A stretch of 64,000 nucleotides of DNA from contig JAYWIR010000020.1 of assembly GCA_036172245.1 (NCBI GenBank), forward strand, positions 2,914,001 to 2,978,000, read 5' to 3'. The DNA is from Raillietiella orientalis. Lineage: Eukaryota. How positions within the stretch are numbered: the stretch's first letter is position 1; each line of letters begins with the position of its first letter. Positions 48,801-64,000 of the stretch are shown one piece after another. The position numbers and the translations under genes were made by a program. The notes beneath the pieces were generated by a model. That model saw only the letters and a list, made by a program, of their open reading frames with translations. It did no database searches and had not been told where the DNA came from.

Positions 48801-51800
48801 TAAGAATTTTATTATTTGGTTCAAAGCAAAATTCTGGGTTTTACTAGTTTGAGAGCACTTTGTGATTTTTATTTTTGTAGTTGATCAGTGGATTAAAATT
48901 CTCCCGTGTGCTTCTCTTATTGGATCTTCAACGCTGTCCTACACAGGAACTTTGCTGTGATTTTGATTGCTCAACTGATAAAATTATATATTACATACTT
49001 CAGTAACTTCATTAACCTGCTTCACTTCAGATTCATGCTTTGCTCCATATTGAAAATCACGCATGAAACACTTAAAGGGAACCTTGAGAATGATGGCTAG
49101 AACTCGATAAGTGAACAGCTCATTCGAATTGGTGAAATGGAACATGATGATTGGCAGTAGGATCATAGTTTGTTTATGCTGTCAGCAGTGCTTATGTTCA
49201 CAAAAAGGTGAGTAGTGTGAAGCAAAGTAGGCCACAAAATGTATACGTAGTAATTATAAATACATATTTTAACTCCAAATTATTTTAGAATAAATTAAAT
49301 AAATAAACTTTCACTACTACATAAAAATAGCTAACCAATATTTGAACTCCCGAAGAGTATCTAATTAGGAGACCTTCAGCTGTTACCAACTGCAATATTT
49401 TCATTTGCACCCGTAACGTTAGAACCATTCTGATGACTGATTAAGCAGAAGCAGCTACCTATGGTTAGATAATGTAGCAAACGCATGTGAACAGAATAAA
49501 ATTCTGCGACTTTATCAACATGTACAACTCATCATGTTGCAGTTTTGTATGTTACTTCTGATTATCGTATTCTTGGCATAAGCACAGCTGTGATCTCCAC
49601 CTTCCTCGAAGTATTAAGAATTTCTGTTCATCTTACACATTTTCCTACTGAGAGCGGTAAAGAAGCTAATCTCACATTGTCAAAAGCATGTCGATCTATT
49701 GAATGATGTGAAATGCATTGTCCAAACACCGAATTTCCGGACACTTAATGTTTTTGTGTTCCTTGCCTACAGCCATCTTATAATGATGACATTGTGATAG
49801 TGTCTTTGAGCTAGGTTCGGTTTTGCTTCGAAAATCATCCGCTCTGGTTTCTCTGTGTAATGGAAAGGATAGCTGATAGATTTTCATCGTGATCTCCTGT
49901 TCAGCTTTTTCAAGAAGGAATGTGAAATGATGATAACTGAGATGATGCTTGACAATTTACTGTGTAGTTGGCTTTTCGGTAATGAGTTCTGTTGTTTTGT
50001 GTTACGTTTTGGGTACATGCAATTTGATAATGCAGTGAATGGTTATAATGTCTGTAGAACCGACATGTCAGTTGGTATTTGTTATTGCTCTTTTTGGTTG
50101 CCTTTACTGCTTGCATAAGTATTGAATACAGAATGCATGTGCATGATGTCACTGAACGTTTACACAACCTATTCTTAAGTCAGTGCACGGAAGTATTGCT
50201 ATGTATGATATATACCATAGACAAACATGCAAAAGTGCAATACTTGCCTGTAGATGTGACTTATTCGTTTGTAGTGTGCTACAGATTCGTTAATTCGAAT
50301 CGTCTAAAGACTTCAAGAGTTATGTCCTTAAAGCTTATTTCATCAGGATTTCTGATATAGTATGATTATCACGAAACTCCTCAGGAGTTATGACTCAGGA
50401 GTCAGTGACTTCTTTCATAATGGTACAGTAGATCCATGTTCAAGTTCCGTTTGTAATGGTACTACACATTCCTTCTGCTTTAACTTTTAGCTGCTTGGGG
50501 GAATTTGCTTATTTACCTGTTTCGTGTTTAAAAAGGTATAAGGCAATCCTGTGTTGTTGGTAAAATTTTGTAAATGTTTTGTGCATGCAGTGCTATTAAT
50601 GTATGTTGGTTGCAAATTTGTATGTATTCCAAATAAGCTTCATCCACTTTTAATATAAACAACGTTTTTTTAAAACAAGGGTTGTTTTTCATTTTGAACG
50701 ATCATTAAAGCCGCTAATTCAGATTCAAAATTTTCTATCAATTTTTAAAGCATGCGTGCTGCTTTAAAGCAACTTAATTTATGTTGAAGAAAAAAAAAAA
50801 GAATTTTGAACAAAAAAAAAACCTGCTTACGACAGTAGAGTATCTAACCCTATAACCGTGGAAGAATGAAGAATTGCAGTGACGCTAAGAGGATTTCAGT
50901 TGGATTGGGCATCAATGATGCTTGAAAGTATACTGACAATTCATTTCAACATTATGCATTTCAAGTTACTTCCTGGCTCGTCAGTTAGACCAACACAATG
51001 GATTTACAGCGTTTGTGTTGGAACAATAATGTAGTGCACTAAGAATTATCAAATTAACACCTGTTACATTGAGCTGCATGTTTTTGGTAATACACAATGA
51101 TCTGAAATTCATATAGACTTCTCTCGAAGGGAAACCTAAAAGGTTTGCTGTTGCTTATGTTTCACTTAAAGAATTTAAAATTTGTTTATTTAGTTATATG
51201 CTTCCTGTAAGACCAAAGTATGACTGATGTTCCTTATTAAAGTCCAGAGACTTTATCCACCTCATACATTCAAGTTAATCATTGCATCTGTTCCTTTTTC
51301 TAACTGAATGCAAAATAACTTGTTTTAAACGCAGGTGTCTCACAGGTTGCTAATTCTATTAGGAGAGGGAAGAAAAATAAAAACATCAATAGTTGCATGA
51401 TTTTACAGCAAGCCCTTCAGAAAGTTTCAAAAGTCAAGTTGAAGTAAAACCTTCTATTGAAAGAGACAGCTAGCATATTATCATGGTATATCAGAATGAA
51501 AAAGTAAAATTATCTTACCAGAAGTTGTGTCCTTAACAGAGACTTTACCTGTGATTTGAAGGTAGGCATCAAACATGCCTACAAGACAAGTTTTGTTGTA
51601 CTCAGGATTTCTGGATCAACTATAGAATGCTAAATTTAAACCTTAGTGTCTGGTCATGCAGCACTTGTGTCTGTACATGCTGAAGTTATATAAACATGCA
51701 AGATTACAAGAAAGTAGAAACCTGAAGAATCAGTTGTAAAGTCTTTCTTACAGAATAACACCAGAATGTTTCCTTATATAAAAGAAATTACCAGTTTCTA

Positions 51801-54800
51801 GAATTCAGGATATGGTTGTGCCTGTGCTGCTTGGAACTTCTGACCATTTAAGGCTGTCATACTTTGGTTTCTTGTTTGTCCTTTTGAAGGATATGATTAT
51901 GTGTTAACAACTAAGCTAATGCAAACTTCTCTTGGAAGATCCTAGATCTTTCCTTGCTACAGTTGGAAAGATATATTCTTAGGAAATAATTAATAGAACT
52001 CTGTGTCATCGTTTTTAGATTTTCATCTATCATCCATTTTTCCTAAAAATTTTTAAAATACTCTCAGAATGTAGTTTTTGGTTGAGTTTGTGGTGAAAAA
52101 ATAAGTTATTCATTTTGCCTTTTTTTTCTCTCACTCTCTCTTCTTCTAGTTGATACATTTTGCATCAGCTCATCAGTACTCGCACCTATTCATGAACAGT
52201 GATTTTTTTGGTAATCAACTAAAAAAGCATTTCAGTTACTTGGTTAGCAACTGCATGTCTAAGCATTGTGAGTTGCAATTTAGTTGCATAATTAGATATG
52301 TAGATATTGTATAAACAAATGTCAGCCCCCAATTAAATGGAAAGTTTAATCCAATGTAATATAATGCGGTGTAAATGTATGCAAAGTAATTTGTGTATCA
52401 CCTTGTATATATAAACAGGGGCAGATTCCTGATACGAAAAAAAAGGCCCTTGCATTTGTTTTCTTTTGTTTGTCAAATTGTAGTTAGACTAAAGTTGGGA
52501 TTATGACCATGTTATTTTAACAACTTTTACCCTGATACTGTAGTTTTGCAAATGAGAAGTCGTTTTCTTTCCTGAATCTTTTTTTTTTCCTGAATGTTTT
52601 CCCCCATTTTCCATTATAACTATCAACCAAAAGCTTGTCACAGATTTTGTTTCATCATTAGTGGTGTCCCCATATCAAAGTGTCATGCAAGTGCATTCTC
52701 GAAGGGTCCTTGCTGTTAATTGCGTTTTCAAATATACATTTCGAAAATATATGACTATGGAAGATAACTTGGAATTTGTATATCCTTAATACAATGTTGA
52801 CATTATTGTTTTTGTAGCTACACAGAAGAATCTTCAAAGAGTGTAGTCAAAGCATAATGCATTAAATCTCAAGAACCTTAGAAACCATCAGCATCTGGTG
52901 CACTGTAAGGAATCTGCAAAAAAGAAACGCGAAGATTGAATCAAAACCAAGAGGTTGTTGTTACCCAGTGATAATAAACATCTGAGTAGTAAGACTTCAC
53001 ATGTTGCCCCTTTCTAGGCCTTGCAGGACGAGGTCATAAAGCAAGAAAAAGAATGAGAGTGAAGCATGAGCATAAAAGGAGCATGAAACGTTTTGTGAAA
53101 TGCTTCATTCTCTTTTTATATTTCAGAGAAAACAATTACATTTTATAGAAAGGCTATCATGCACTATGAAGATTACAGTCCCTGTTGTAAAGTGAGTTGT
53201 AGCCTTTACAGTAACGAATAAGGCAGCACTTGCTTTACAGAGAGCATGTAGAAAAAACTATTGTGTAACTTATTCCTTTTAATTTTCTGAGCATTTCGTA
53301 ATCAGTTTGCTTAATCATCTAATCAGTCTGGAAGTGCTGGTGAACTTTGACTCTTAATTTTGTCGAATGAAGCAGTTCATGTTTCAGTCTTGCTGAGTAA
53401 AGAACCAGAGACAGGAACATGAAATGGAAGGATATTCTTTATGCATATCTTAGGACTTATTTATAAGTAACTTTCCTGGTTGAGGGATTTTTCCGCATCT
53501 TATAAGAGATGCTAAAAAATCCTACAACAGGTTGCAAGAACTTTATAGTTTGCATATATCAAGAAAATCTACAACGCCCAATGGCTATATTATGGTGACC
53601 ACACCATCCTGCAAGCGAAATCCATACGCTTTAGAAGTTTCAAGTATGAACACTAAGAAAACTCAAAAAGCTAGTTTTGCAAATCACGAATACAGCTTTC
53701 TTTGAAATTGTTAAAATCAGGTAATTTGAAGGATCGCTCCAAAAGATAGAAAAATAACCATGTTTACACCGAGCTGTTATCTGGTGCAGAATACTCAGCA
53801 GAGGAGTCTTTTATGTGCTGGAGAAAAATCTTAGTATTTAGAAGAAATCAGTTCGATGAGAATTTAAGGATCGCAAAAGTTTATGAAAAGGGATACATGA
53901 TCACGGCTGCGGTCTATGCATAATATCTAAATTTATTTGCGTTGAAGAACAAGACATTTTTTGTAAAATGAAGTGGAGACAAAGATTGGTTAAATGGTGC
54001 AGAGGGGTTTCATGGATTTCGGATGGGTAATTTTCGTTGGAAGATATAAAGGTATGAGTATCCATAGGGAGCAAAAGGATCTATTGGATTATTTGTGACG
54101 ATAATTCTATCCAGCAAACACCAAAAACAAATGTAGCGAGAATATGAAGATCTGTTCTCCACTAAAAAGCATCACGAGTTGAAACAAGGAGCGAAATTCA
54201 AGCTTACTCGTATGGAACCCTAAACTTGCGTTCCTGAAGTCAAGATGAAAGAAATCGACACTCCTGCAAGGCAATAAGTTGGAAATAAATAGTACGACAT
54301 ATCAAAAAGAAAATGATGAATTCCTAAAGTTACTACAAACAAGGAAAGGTATTCTAAAAAATACGCCAGCAAAAGCCGTGAACTACTCCTACATCCTTAC
54401 ATAACAGATAAACTGAAATGGACCAATTGGTCCAGCTTCTCGCATCAGCAAATCGTGAAATGAAATTTAGTCGGAAGTATGGCTACAAACTAAAGCTTCA
54501 AACAAAATTACCAATACCCTTAAAAAGTAAAGATAAATCAAAATTATTGATCTTCAGTGCCAAACATCTACGTGATACATTAACCAAGGTTTGTGACTGC
54601 TTGTTAAATATGAAATACGAAAGGAATAACATACAGAAAAAACTGATGTAATAACCTAGGGATCAGATTTCTTCCTTTTCAGGAAACATGTACATTAAAA
54701 TATTCAACTTCAATCGACCGAACAAGATTGCCGGTTGCCTGCCATTTCTTGTTTTTGTTGATTTGGTACGACTCGTTGCAGCTACAGCGCCCGGTACAGA

Positions 54801-57800
54801 ATACAAGAATAGAGTGTTTTCTAAAGAGTTCTATTTGGCATTGGAGCCTCAAATTAAGGTGGTACGCAACAAGGCAGATGAGAATGAAAACACAGGTGCT
54901 TCAAGTGCAGGAAACTATGAAAAAGTTTCCCCTTAAATAACCTGAATTGGTAGTGTTGCTGATTCAAGAAAAGTTTCGGTCACACTGCAGGTCAGCCGTC
55001 TTCTTTACCCGATTCCATAGTGTTCTGGAATATCTCAGTACAGTTCAGGATAAGAACCTTCGTAAACGGAAAAAAAAGTCCCATTGGGACTCGTCCTTAA
55101 GTAAGCGTTTGTACTTCGGTTTGAAAGCTGCAAGTGGCCAGGGTTGTCAGTGAGCTCATCTTGCTCCCCATTTCATGTACGAGAGAAGAGAATGTCTCTC
55201 AAGTCGATCCATACAACTTTTTGTCGTAGCAGCATCTTTACGCCAGATCAGTGTGCGACTTGCGAAGTGTTTCGATTTTAGGAAAGGCCAAAAACGGAAA
55301 AATCGAAAGCAGTGCGTAAAATGTAGATTTTGCACCCGCGTGCTTTTAGCTGAGGTTTCTCAACTTGCTAATGGGTTTTCACATCAGTTGCGGGTAGGTC
55401 ATGAATAAGACGTCTTTTTTATACAAACAGTAATGACTGATTACCAAAATCCGTATCCCGGGTTCTTTTCAGGAATAAATTCTTTCCATAAGCCAATTAC
55501 AGTCTTATCATTTCTCTGTAGTTGAATTTTCGTTTTATTTTGGCATTTAGTGGTTACAGCATCGACAAATCATACATGTGAATACAGTGTTGTTTTCTCA
55601 TCTCATATGGAAAAGATGTCAGATGAACAAAAACTGATCCTCTTTTCAAAGGAAAGATTCTTGTTTCATTGCACATGCGTAGTAAGACATGTAAGACAAG
55701 TTTTTTTTTTTGCCTAAAGAAGAACTCTTGCTTTCTGTTTCGGAGCAGCTCGGAATGTTATCGGCATTATTCTTATTGTGGCGTCGTTTTCGCTTTGCTG
55801 ACTTATTAAAGACGACCATGTTCATCAACCTAGGATTTGGCGTGTTGAAGATAGTCCTCTCGTCGGCAAACTGAGCTCTAGACAGAATGGGATAGAATTG
55901 GTTTTTTCTCCAGGTGATCTCTTTGCACTCATACAACTTCCACATGACGTCGCCGTTAAGAAAACCGAACTCCTGTGCAAATCACAAGAACATGCAATTA
56001 GATGCGCGATGCAAGTCACAGTGATGATCACTTAGGCTACTGTGCTTAAGATTAAGATCAAGATAAGTGAAGCATGCACCAAATGGAAAAATCATACATC
56101 ATCCACAGCTTGCAGAACTTTCTCTGGGAAACTTACTTGCTAAAGAGTCTCAGAACGAAGCATATGATGAGAAACATGAAGAAGAGAGCTATTAATATAC
56201 TGATCACGGAAGCGTCAACGAATGCGTGATTCTGGAGGAAGGCACCTGGAAAGGTCACAAAACTGATGACAGGTTACATGAACAGAAGGAACAGAATTCA
56301 TTGAAATTTATGTACTTTTTGGATACTGCGTCTGAAGTAGCGTGCTTTGCATTTGAGATTGGTCTCAATTTTTGACTGTCAAAATGAATTTGTTCTCATA
56401 AGCAACGAGCCAATTCCTGAAACCAAAATCGAAAGATGGGAAAAGAGTAATGTTGGACCAAATTGTTTCCGATCCATTTGATTTCGAAGATCAGTGCATC
56501 TTCCTATGTGCATTCTTCTTTCGTTGCTAGCAAGTACAAACTTAACATGCTTACTTATCAAGCTGAACCGAAACATGAAAATGAGCCACAATCTATTAGG
56601 TGGAAGTAGAATAAATCAATAGGGAACGTATGATGTCTACGTGCCCTATGAAAAGCAGCCATCTTCCATGAGGGCCACAAAAGTAGGTCGGTATGGCAAA
56701 CGCATATGGATCAAGTTCCTTTTGGGTGCAACCGAAGTTAGAAAACTCTAGAGTGGACAGCAAGCTGCGTGCAAGGACAAATATTAATGGATAAATTCTG
56801 AAGTCGTGACCGCCGTAATAGCAGAGTGAACAGTAAATGCTGTTCGCTCGACAGCTGTTTTTCCCCTAAAAACTGGTAGGGTGCAAAAATGACACAGAGT
56901 GCATTTGGGGCGGGTGTGCAAGAACGGACTTTCCTTGGCAGCACTCGCATGTCCGAATGGACGTCCGTGAACTCATAACAAAAAGATTGCATCTTTGCAA
57001 ATCAAAGCTGGCCAATGATTCAAACAGTTATTTTTGTAAGGAAACTAGCCGATCCTTCTGAAGACCCAATCTTCAGATAAGAGTGCATTTCCTGATTTCT
57101 GCATTATTTTTTCCCAACGGAGAAAAAACGCCATGATCCATTTTCGCTATTCGGAGCATTTTTCTTCCTTTTCCTGTTACTGCATTTGGAAAGCAACCAT
57201 ACCATAGCATCAAGGAGCTTTCTTTTTAAAAACAGTTTGTATTTCTGTAGTACGTATTTATGGTTTCTATGGCTGTTCACTTCGTATGGCTGCTTTCCTT
57301 TGTAGTATTATTATTTTCAAGTATCTGAATAAAGGAAGAACAAGCCAAGCCTTGTAAAGGAAAACATCAAAGACAGCGAGCAGATTCCGCCTTTCAAAGT
57401 ACTTGGAGGAATGACTCTCGTGAACGCAGTCGCATATCTCTGACCCAAAGTATGTACTGGAAGCTGCTTAAGGCAACAGCTTTCTTTGCGTTTCTTGGTG
57501 CAGCGTGGAACTCGAGTCATCCAACGATAATGCTTCATGAGTGAAATATGGATTTTCTTCGTACAAGTTAGGGAAAAAAGAAATGCAGAAGAATAAAATC
57601 ACAGTTTTCTTTTTTATATAGTAAGCATTTGGTTTAAAAGCAACTGGGTAGAATTACTTAGCAAACAACGATAGCAGTGTTTTTTTTTTGTTTTTTTGTT
57701 TTTGTATGAGAATATCTTTACTTTTGGGCAACATGCCCGAAACGGTTCATGCAAGAGTTAGCTCGTATTATAATGCGTTAATCATTCACAAATTCAAGCA

Positions 57801-60800
57801 GTTTCAGAAAGACACACGTTCCCCCTTAATAGTTTGAGGCACTTTCAGTGGACCACAGGGCATAAGATTCAAGTCACTGTGAAGCATCTCCCCAAAAATC
57901 CCCCAAAAATACATTTGGAAAAGACCACGTTTTCAGACTGATGGAATCATTCGATGCACTTCGATATTGAAGAAGCGAACTTCCAGTTAGAATGCATGCT
58001 GATCTGAATTATCCAGATGCACGGCATTTCGAATGCGTGCTGCCAAATGCTGCTGCAAGTAAACAAGTGGCCATCACACGAAAGGGCGCGAAACCGAACT
58101 ATTCGCCCAGATTCTTGATTAGAAATTCAAATTATTTGATCATCGTGAAAGCACGAACTTGAATCAAAAGGAAGTGCTTTCTAAAACAGCGTATGAAAGC
58201 ACCGAGACATTCAGAACTATCGAAAATCAAGACATTAACCGACTTACGTCGGATAGCCTGCGGTGATTCTGGAAACTAGGCAAGCTAATACGAGCATTCC
58301 TCAAGAGAAATAGGCATTATCTGCAAACGCTCACTAATCGTGAGGCTAAAAACCACTTTTGTCAAAGAAACCCGCTGAGTATTTTCATCCTCCCGTTGCA
58401 CCTCGAAGGTCTGATTTCGCTTGAAGTGGGATTAACTGAATCAGCATCCGTCAGAGGGTCTGCGAAAATTCTACTGATTGAGAGGGTGATCAAGAGTATC
58501 TCCACAGTAATAATCCGCAAAAGGAATGCAGATGTCCGATTGGCAGATCTTAGTCGCTAGTTCTTTGGACCACTTTTGTTGGTGCTGTTCGCAAAGAACG
58601 AAAGCCACGTGAGTCCCAGGCTATTTTCTTCTCCTCAGGTTTTCTTTAGAGATGTTAATTCCCGGGTCTGTTCCTTAAAAAAGGATTTCAAGGCTGCCAG
58701 ACTCTGATTTAAGCAACAAATAGAGCTGGTTCTGTCGAAAAGGCTGCTGTTTCCGGCTGCTCCTCATTTCCAAACTGGCGGAAGAATGGACAGTGTTCAG
58801 ATTGGGGTGAGCGACACGGGGATGTAACCCCTGCCTGCCCACGAAATTTCGCGAAACACATCGCTCGCTCAAGGGGTAGAGAAGTCTCATGATTAGCAAC
58901 AGGGAAGAAGAAGAAAGGAAAAAAAGGAAATGCTCTGCTTGTTATGCAACGTGCTGGATTCACATCTTGGGCGCAAGACGTTGTTGCTCTTCAGGCTCGC
59001 CTAGGTTGGCACCGCTGATCCTTGGGAATAAGTTCGACGAGGAAAAAAAGGGTTTCTCTCTCCCTACGACACGCCGATCGCGCAAGATGGCAGCAAAGGT
59101 CGGAACAAAAAATGCAATTTTCTTTGCACAGGAAATACTGGAAATCAGAAAACTAGGGAGCATTCTGATTTCTTCTGGCTTCCGCTTGCCATCTCCGCTC
59201 AAGGATGATCCTAAGAACAGTTGATGTGGAGATATCTAGAAAGCATAGAACTCTCTGGCAGCCTGAAAATGATCAGCTTGAGTCCCCCACTGCTCAATCT
59301 TGAATTTTATCTCAAAATTCCTTCCCATGAAAGCATCTGAGCAGAAAGAACTGACAACAGAAAAGTGCAACACTGGAAAAGAAATTCTGCTTGTGAAAGA
59401 GAATCTGGAAGAAGAAAGAATCACTCGTTGCATTCCTCGTCCTCGGACATACCCATTGAGCGTCTTTTCGGATAAAAAGGGTATGTGGAAGCTTTCGATA
59501 AGCCAAACGAAGCCTTTAACTCCAAACGACTCTCGGTGGCTGCATCAGATTGCTGGCTGCAGTACTTTTGACGAAAAATCGTCCCAGACAATTCAGAATG
59601 TCTTAGTTTTGAGGATCATGCTAAGCTGGTCCTTGGATGCGGAGGAGGTGGCACGTATTCTCGTCGTCGCGCGTATCGCCATCTCTTTTACTTGTTACCT
59701 CTCTCTCTTCTCCTTCCCCCTCCACCCATCCCTCCGGCACAGCCTCATGCTTGAGCTAAGAGGAAGAACCACCGATCTGGACCGCGTTTTCCGTCATTGT
59801 ATTGGAGTATTCTGAGGCGGCTGGTTATCCATGGAAACAAGCTCCCTTGATTCTTGGTACTCGCCTCGCTGCTTCCCACTTTAGATGTTTCATTCGATGC
59901 TAGAAGAAGGGACATCGCAGCGGGAGAACTTCAAGGAACACCGGCGCTCCGGAAAACGAGCAGAGCTCCAGAAATTGCAGACGAAACTTGTCTTTGTGCT
60001 TTGAGTTTCACTGCTACAGAGAAGAGTGCAAGCACTCTACAAGCAGCTTCTAAAGCGGATGGAAAGCATTGCACTCATGCCAGGAACCTCAACTTTGAAT
60101 CGGAAAACTCGTGATGATGACAGGTGGATGGAACGAAGTCAACAAATCTGCAGACAGAACAGCATCTCTATAGTTCTTCTAAGACAGATCAAGAATGGAA
60201 AGAAAAAAGGACCCACTTGGAGGAGGGGGATGCAAAAGCAAATGTGTAACATGGTGCGGACAGGTTGGCTTATGTCCGTAAGAGCGGCAAACTAGAGCAG
60301 ACAGGAAATCAGAAACGGATTTGGATCATTGAGAATTGCGCCATCAACTGTGCCTCAGAACGCACGTAGCCTTGATGGACCACGTAGAGAAGGCCAAGCA
60401 GAGAAAATCTAGGAGAACCTGGATCCAAAAATCAAGAGATACATGGCTAAAAATCGTCGTTGGGACCTGGACTTGTCCTGAAAAGTGGGAACACGTTATG
60501 ATCGTTAACGCATACTGTCCCTCTGAAAGCAGAAGATTCGCGTTCCAGCATTCCAGAATATTTGTGAAGAAAGAAAATGTTGAAGTAGCGAGCTCTTTCT
60601 TTTACACTCAGTAACCCAATTATAAGTTTGGACGATTGTCATATGTAATTGGGACCATGACATCGTATCCTGGCATAGAGCTGGAAACTTCAGGAACGCT
60701 CGCGGACCAGCTCAGCAACGCAGTGATGATGCATCCAGTACAGGTCGGGACACAAAACACAATCGGACGTAACAGATGTACCGTATGCACCGTCCGGGAC

Positions 60801-63800
60801 ATTCTAGAAGCGAACCACTACATAGTCGACTCTGGGGAGGGCTACCAACTTTTTAAATCCTTGCAACGCCGAAAACCATGTCAGCAGACTTGGTCCAGAG
60901 TCGGAAACCCACGGTGCCTCCAGGAAGGCTAAGGATTCGAATTGCAACCTTCTGAACCTCGTAAAGAAGCCCTATGTTGCCAAGAAACACCAGCACTCTT
61001 GAAGAATTCGTCGGCAAGTCGGCAGCCACAACGAATGACCAGAAAGCCCTCAAGTCGAGGAAAGGGTAGCAAATCCCCTTCTCTTGTATTTCCTCATGTA
61101 ATGTCGAATCTTTCAGACAAAGCATGTGCCAATCTGCAGGAAACCTCGTATGCCGCCACCAGGCAGTGATCCAGGAGCCGATGCTCGCGAAAAAGAAGCG
61201 CGGGAAAAGAGTCAATCCGAGCCAATGGAAGGAACAATGTATGGTGCACTCCGTCGTCACGTCAGAGTTCGGAGATCATGTGCTTGATCAAGTGCTGACT
61301 GCCAGCAAAATTCTAAAACCCTCTTGTTTTGTCTCTGACCGGAGAAGGAAAAGAACCATCTTTGCTTCTAGCTAATTGTGTGGACGCGTGTACCCAAGGC
61401 GGCACAATTAGCTAGGAGCAGTGCTCCTGCTATCCATGAGCTACGAAAGTCGATTCCAGACGCTGATTTTTCGCCCGCCATCTTCATGGTTCCAGGCACA
61501 TAAAGCGCCATAAACAAGCATGATTAGGGGCATTACGGAGAGCCACGTGCGTAGCGGATAATTCCTGAATACCACTGGTGTTGTGCATCCATGCAGGAGC
61601 AGGAGGAACACACGAAACCACGTGTTCTTATTAATCATCGCGTAGTTGTTTCGAACCAGCACTTCCGGACTCTCTGATTGCTATCCTCGAATGGGTTTGT
61701 GCAAATAAAGGATGCCGCGCTTTCGGGACCGACAGAGATTGAAATCCGCGAAACGCTTCCATGATGGTAAAAACTGTCTCTGCTTACGCAGTCCGGAAAG
61801 CATCCAACATTTGAATACAACAAGTACGAGGATACAAGTTGTGCATTAATGGTGCGGGCATATCAACCGCGTTCCTTCTTCGCGTGGAAACATCGCTCAA
61901 TGCAAAGGAAAAAAAAAAAAAACGTGCTCCGGATTACATTTTGTGCGTGTTCCCTATGCACACAGGAATACATGGGACCTTCGATCTAATTTTGCCTTCC
62001 TGTTTCGAAGGGGAGCGTGTGGTTTGTTTTCTGATCAGATTTCGACAGACCAAGGAGAAGGAGATTCCAGCCGAAGGCGGAAAAACCGTGGTGCTCGAAT
62101 GATCTGGCCGTTCCTTTTTCGAGTGGATTCTTCGCTCGTGCACTGGAGCTGGTGTTGGGAAATCGTCGCATTTATCATAGTGAACACTCTGTCACATGCA
62201 GTGTGGAGCTTCTCGCCCCAATAGGGAGATTGCATGCTAGAAACATGGGCATGCAATCTTGGCGCACTCGTTTGCAGTGGAGACTCCGAAATCGAGTTTT
62301 TGGCCTGGTCAAGTGCAGCTGTCTTTCCTTACGCCTCGTTCCTGCATCTGGGCCTCCTTCCGGGATCAGGCAGCTCTCGAGCAATCCTTGAAGACGTTCC
62401 TATGGGCAGCTGATGTCTGGGGGAGGATCATGGTTTCCTTGGAAATCCCGAAGATGGCTCCAACAAGTTTATCTTGAACTTGGAGAATCACAGCACTTGA
62501 GATAGTTACCTTGGATTCACGGACTTTTTAGATCCACCTTCGGAGATAATCCCATTCTGTGAGCTGGATAGTCTTCCAGAACGCCGCCTGCTCTGCTCGT
62601 ATTCATAGGAAGCCTACTACGAACGATTTTCGCTCGTTCGTTTCGCGATTTTTCGTGCGTTCTCAGCGCGCATTCTCATTTTGAAGATTGGTTCCCCATT
62701 GGCGAGAATGATGGCGCATTCTAGATGAGATGTGCTGTCTCCTTCGAGCAGCTGGACAGTATGAGACGGGTTAACCGGGGAGATTGGAACCCTGAGCTGA
62801 ACGGGAACCGTCCTCGAGCGAGTCATGCTGCAGGTCATCGTCATATCGTCAGTTGCGCCAGCTGTGGTGGATGGCGTGTGAGCCGAACGGCGTTATAAAG
62901 CGAGTGCGCTGATTGGTACGAAATCTGCAACTCCATTCTTTGGACACCGTACGATTGCACCGTCTGAGAGCACCGAACGATTCACCAGGAAAACCGACCA
63001 GGATCATCTGGTTTCATGAGTCCCTTTGCTTCTGAAAAAATCGACCAGGCCATTCCTCCATATCTCTTCGGTCAGCATTCATTAACTGGCTCTCTCTATC
63101 AACTGGCCCACAGCTGCCTAACGAGTTTGCGCCCATGAAACCAGCAACCGTTCAAAGAAGGAAGAAGGCACAGATTTCAAAAAGCAGGGAAACGCTTGCT
63201 TGCTTGGGATTTTGCTTCATATGTGTCAGCGACGGGTCATTCGGGTTTGGAATTCCAAAATTTCGAGGATCCCATTCTTTTTATGAAGGCATCCTTGCTG
63301 CGCTTTTCTTGATCCCTAAGCAGGCAGCTTCAGACCTCGTTCGGTACGAAGGGAAGAATTTGCACGAAAACGCGTTTCATGAAGGTTCAGCTTACACAAG
63401 ATACAGTTCCAAGTGCTACGCACTGAGCGCTTATTGAAAATCACCACTTTGGTTTTCAGCACTTTGAGGGGTGAGATGAGGAACTCTTGGATTTGGGAAC
63501 ACCTTTCGAGAGGACTCTTCGCTCGAAACGTGTGCTGAAGATGTTAGCAGTTTCAGTGTGACACACCCTGACCCTCTCCAGTGCCTGCGAATCTCATGCA
63601 ACGTGGCCATCACAGATTAGCCATTGCTGTGGATGCCCAGATGGCCTTGCTTTACTGACGCCAGCAATCTTGCTTTGTGATGAACGATTCTGTGACTTTA
63701 GCTGGGGATTCTCGGAGTTTTGGGAGCGTTCGTCTAGGAAAGCTCTCTTCAGTCTGCTCTCCCATATCACAAGGTCGCGGAACGAACAGAAGTGGGGACA

Positions 63801-64000
63801 AATTCGTACAATTTCCCTCTGATTAGCATGTGAGTTTTTTTTTCTTCTGGGAGAGGAATCAGGTCCCCGTCCGTGTAAAGTCACCTGAATTGCGTGTCAT
63901 GTGCAGGGTTTAATGGATCATTCATAAGCAGCCTGCACATCGAGAAGCGCTTACATCCATACCATGACTTCCCATCGTCATGAGGTAGATGGGATGCAAG

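Overview
Eukaryotic (animal) genomic DNA, not prokaryotic. The A+C-rich mitochondrial inserts would fit a clade I nematode such as Trichuris, but that is an inference. Positions ~3.4-31.4 kb are a GC-rich nest of at least seven degenerate Tx1/L1-type non-LTR retrotransposon pieces from several subfamilies, in both orientations. They include one full-length copy and one copy with an inverted 5' half. Embedded in the nest is a head-to-tail array of two related but distinct endogenous CRESS-DNA virus genomes (cap-rep-ori-cap-rep) with a recognisable nonanucleotide stem-loop and a hammerhead-like motif. Directly after the last LINE 3' end is an uninterrupted ~390-aa ORF resembling a negative-strand RNA virus (Qinviridae-like) nucleocapsid protein, preceded by a canonical branch point and splice acceptor. 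Further right are a decayed Utopia/NeSL-like RLE retrotransposon carrying a captured cytochrome b fragment, a second RLE fragment, and long AT-rich stretches with no host gene I can support. The best candidates for new biology are the possibly co-opted viral NP gene and the virus/TE archive with large inverted repeats.
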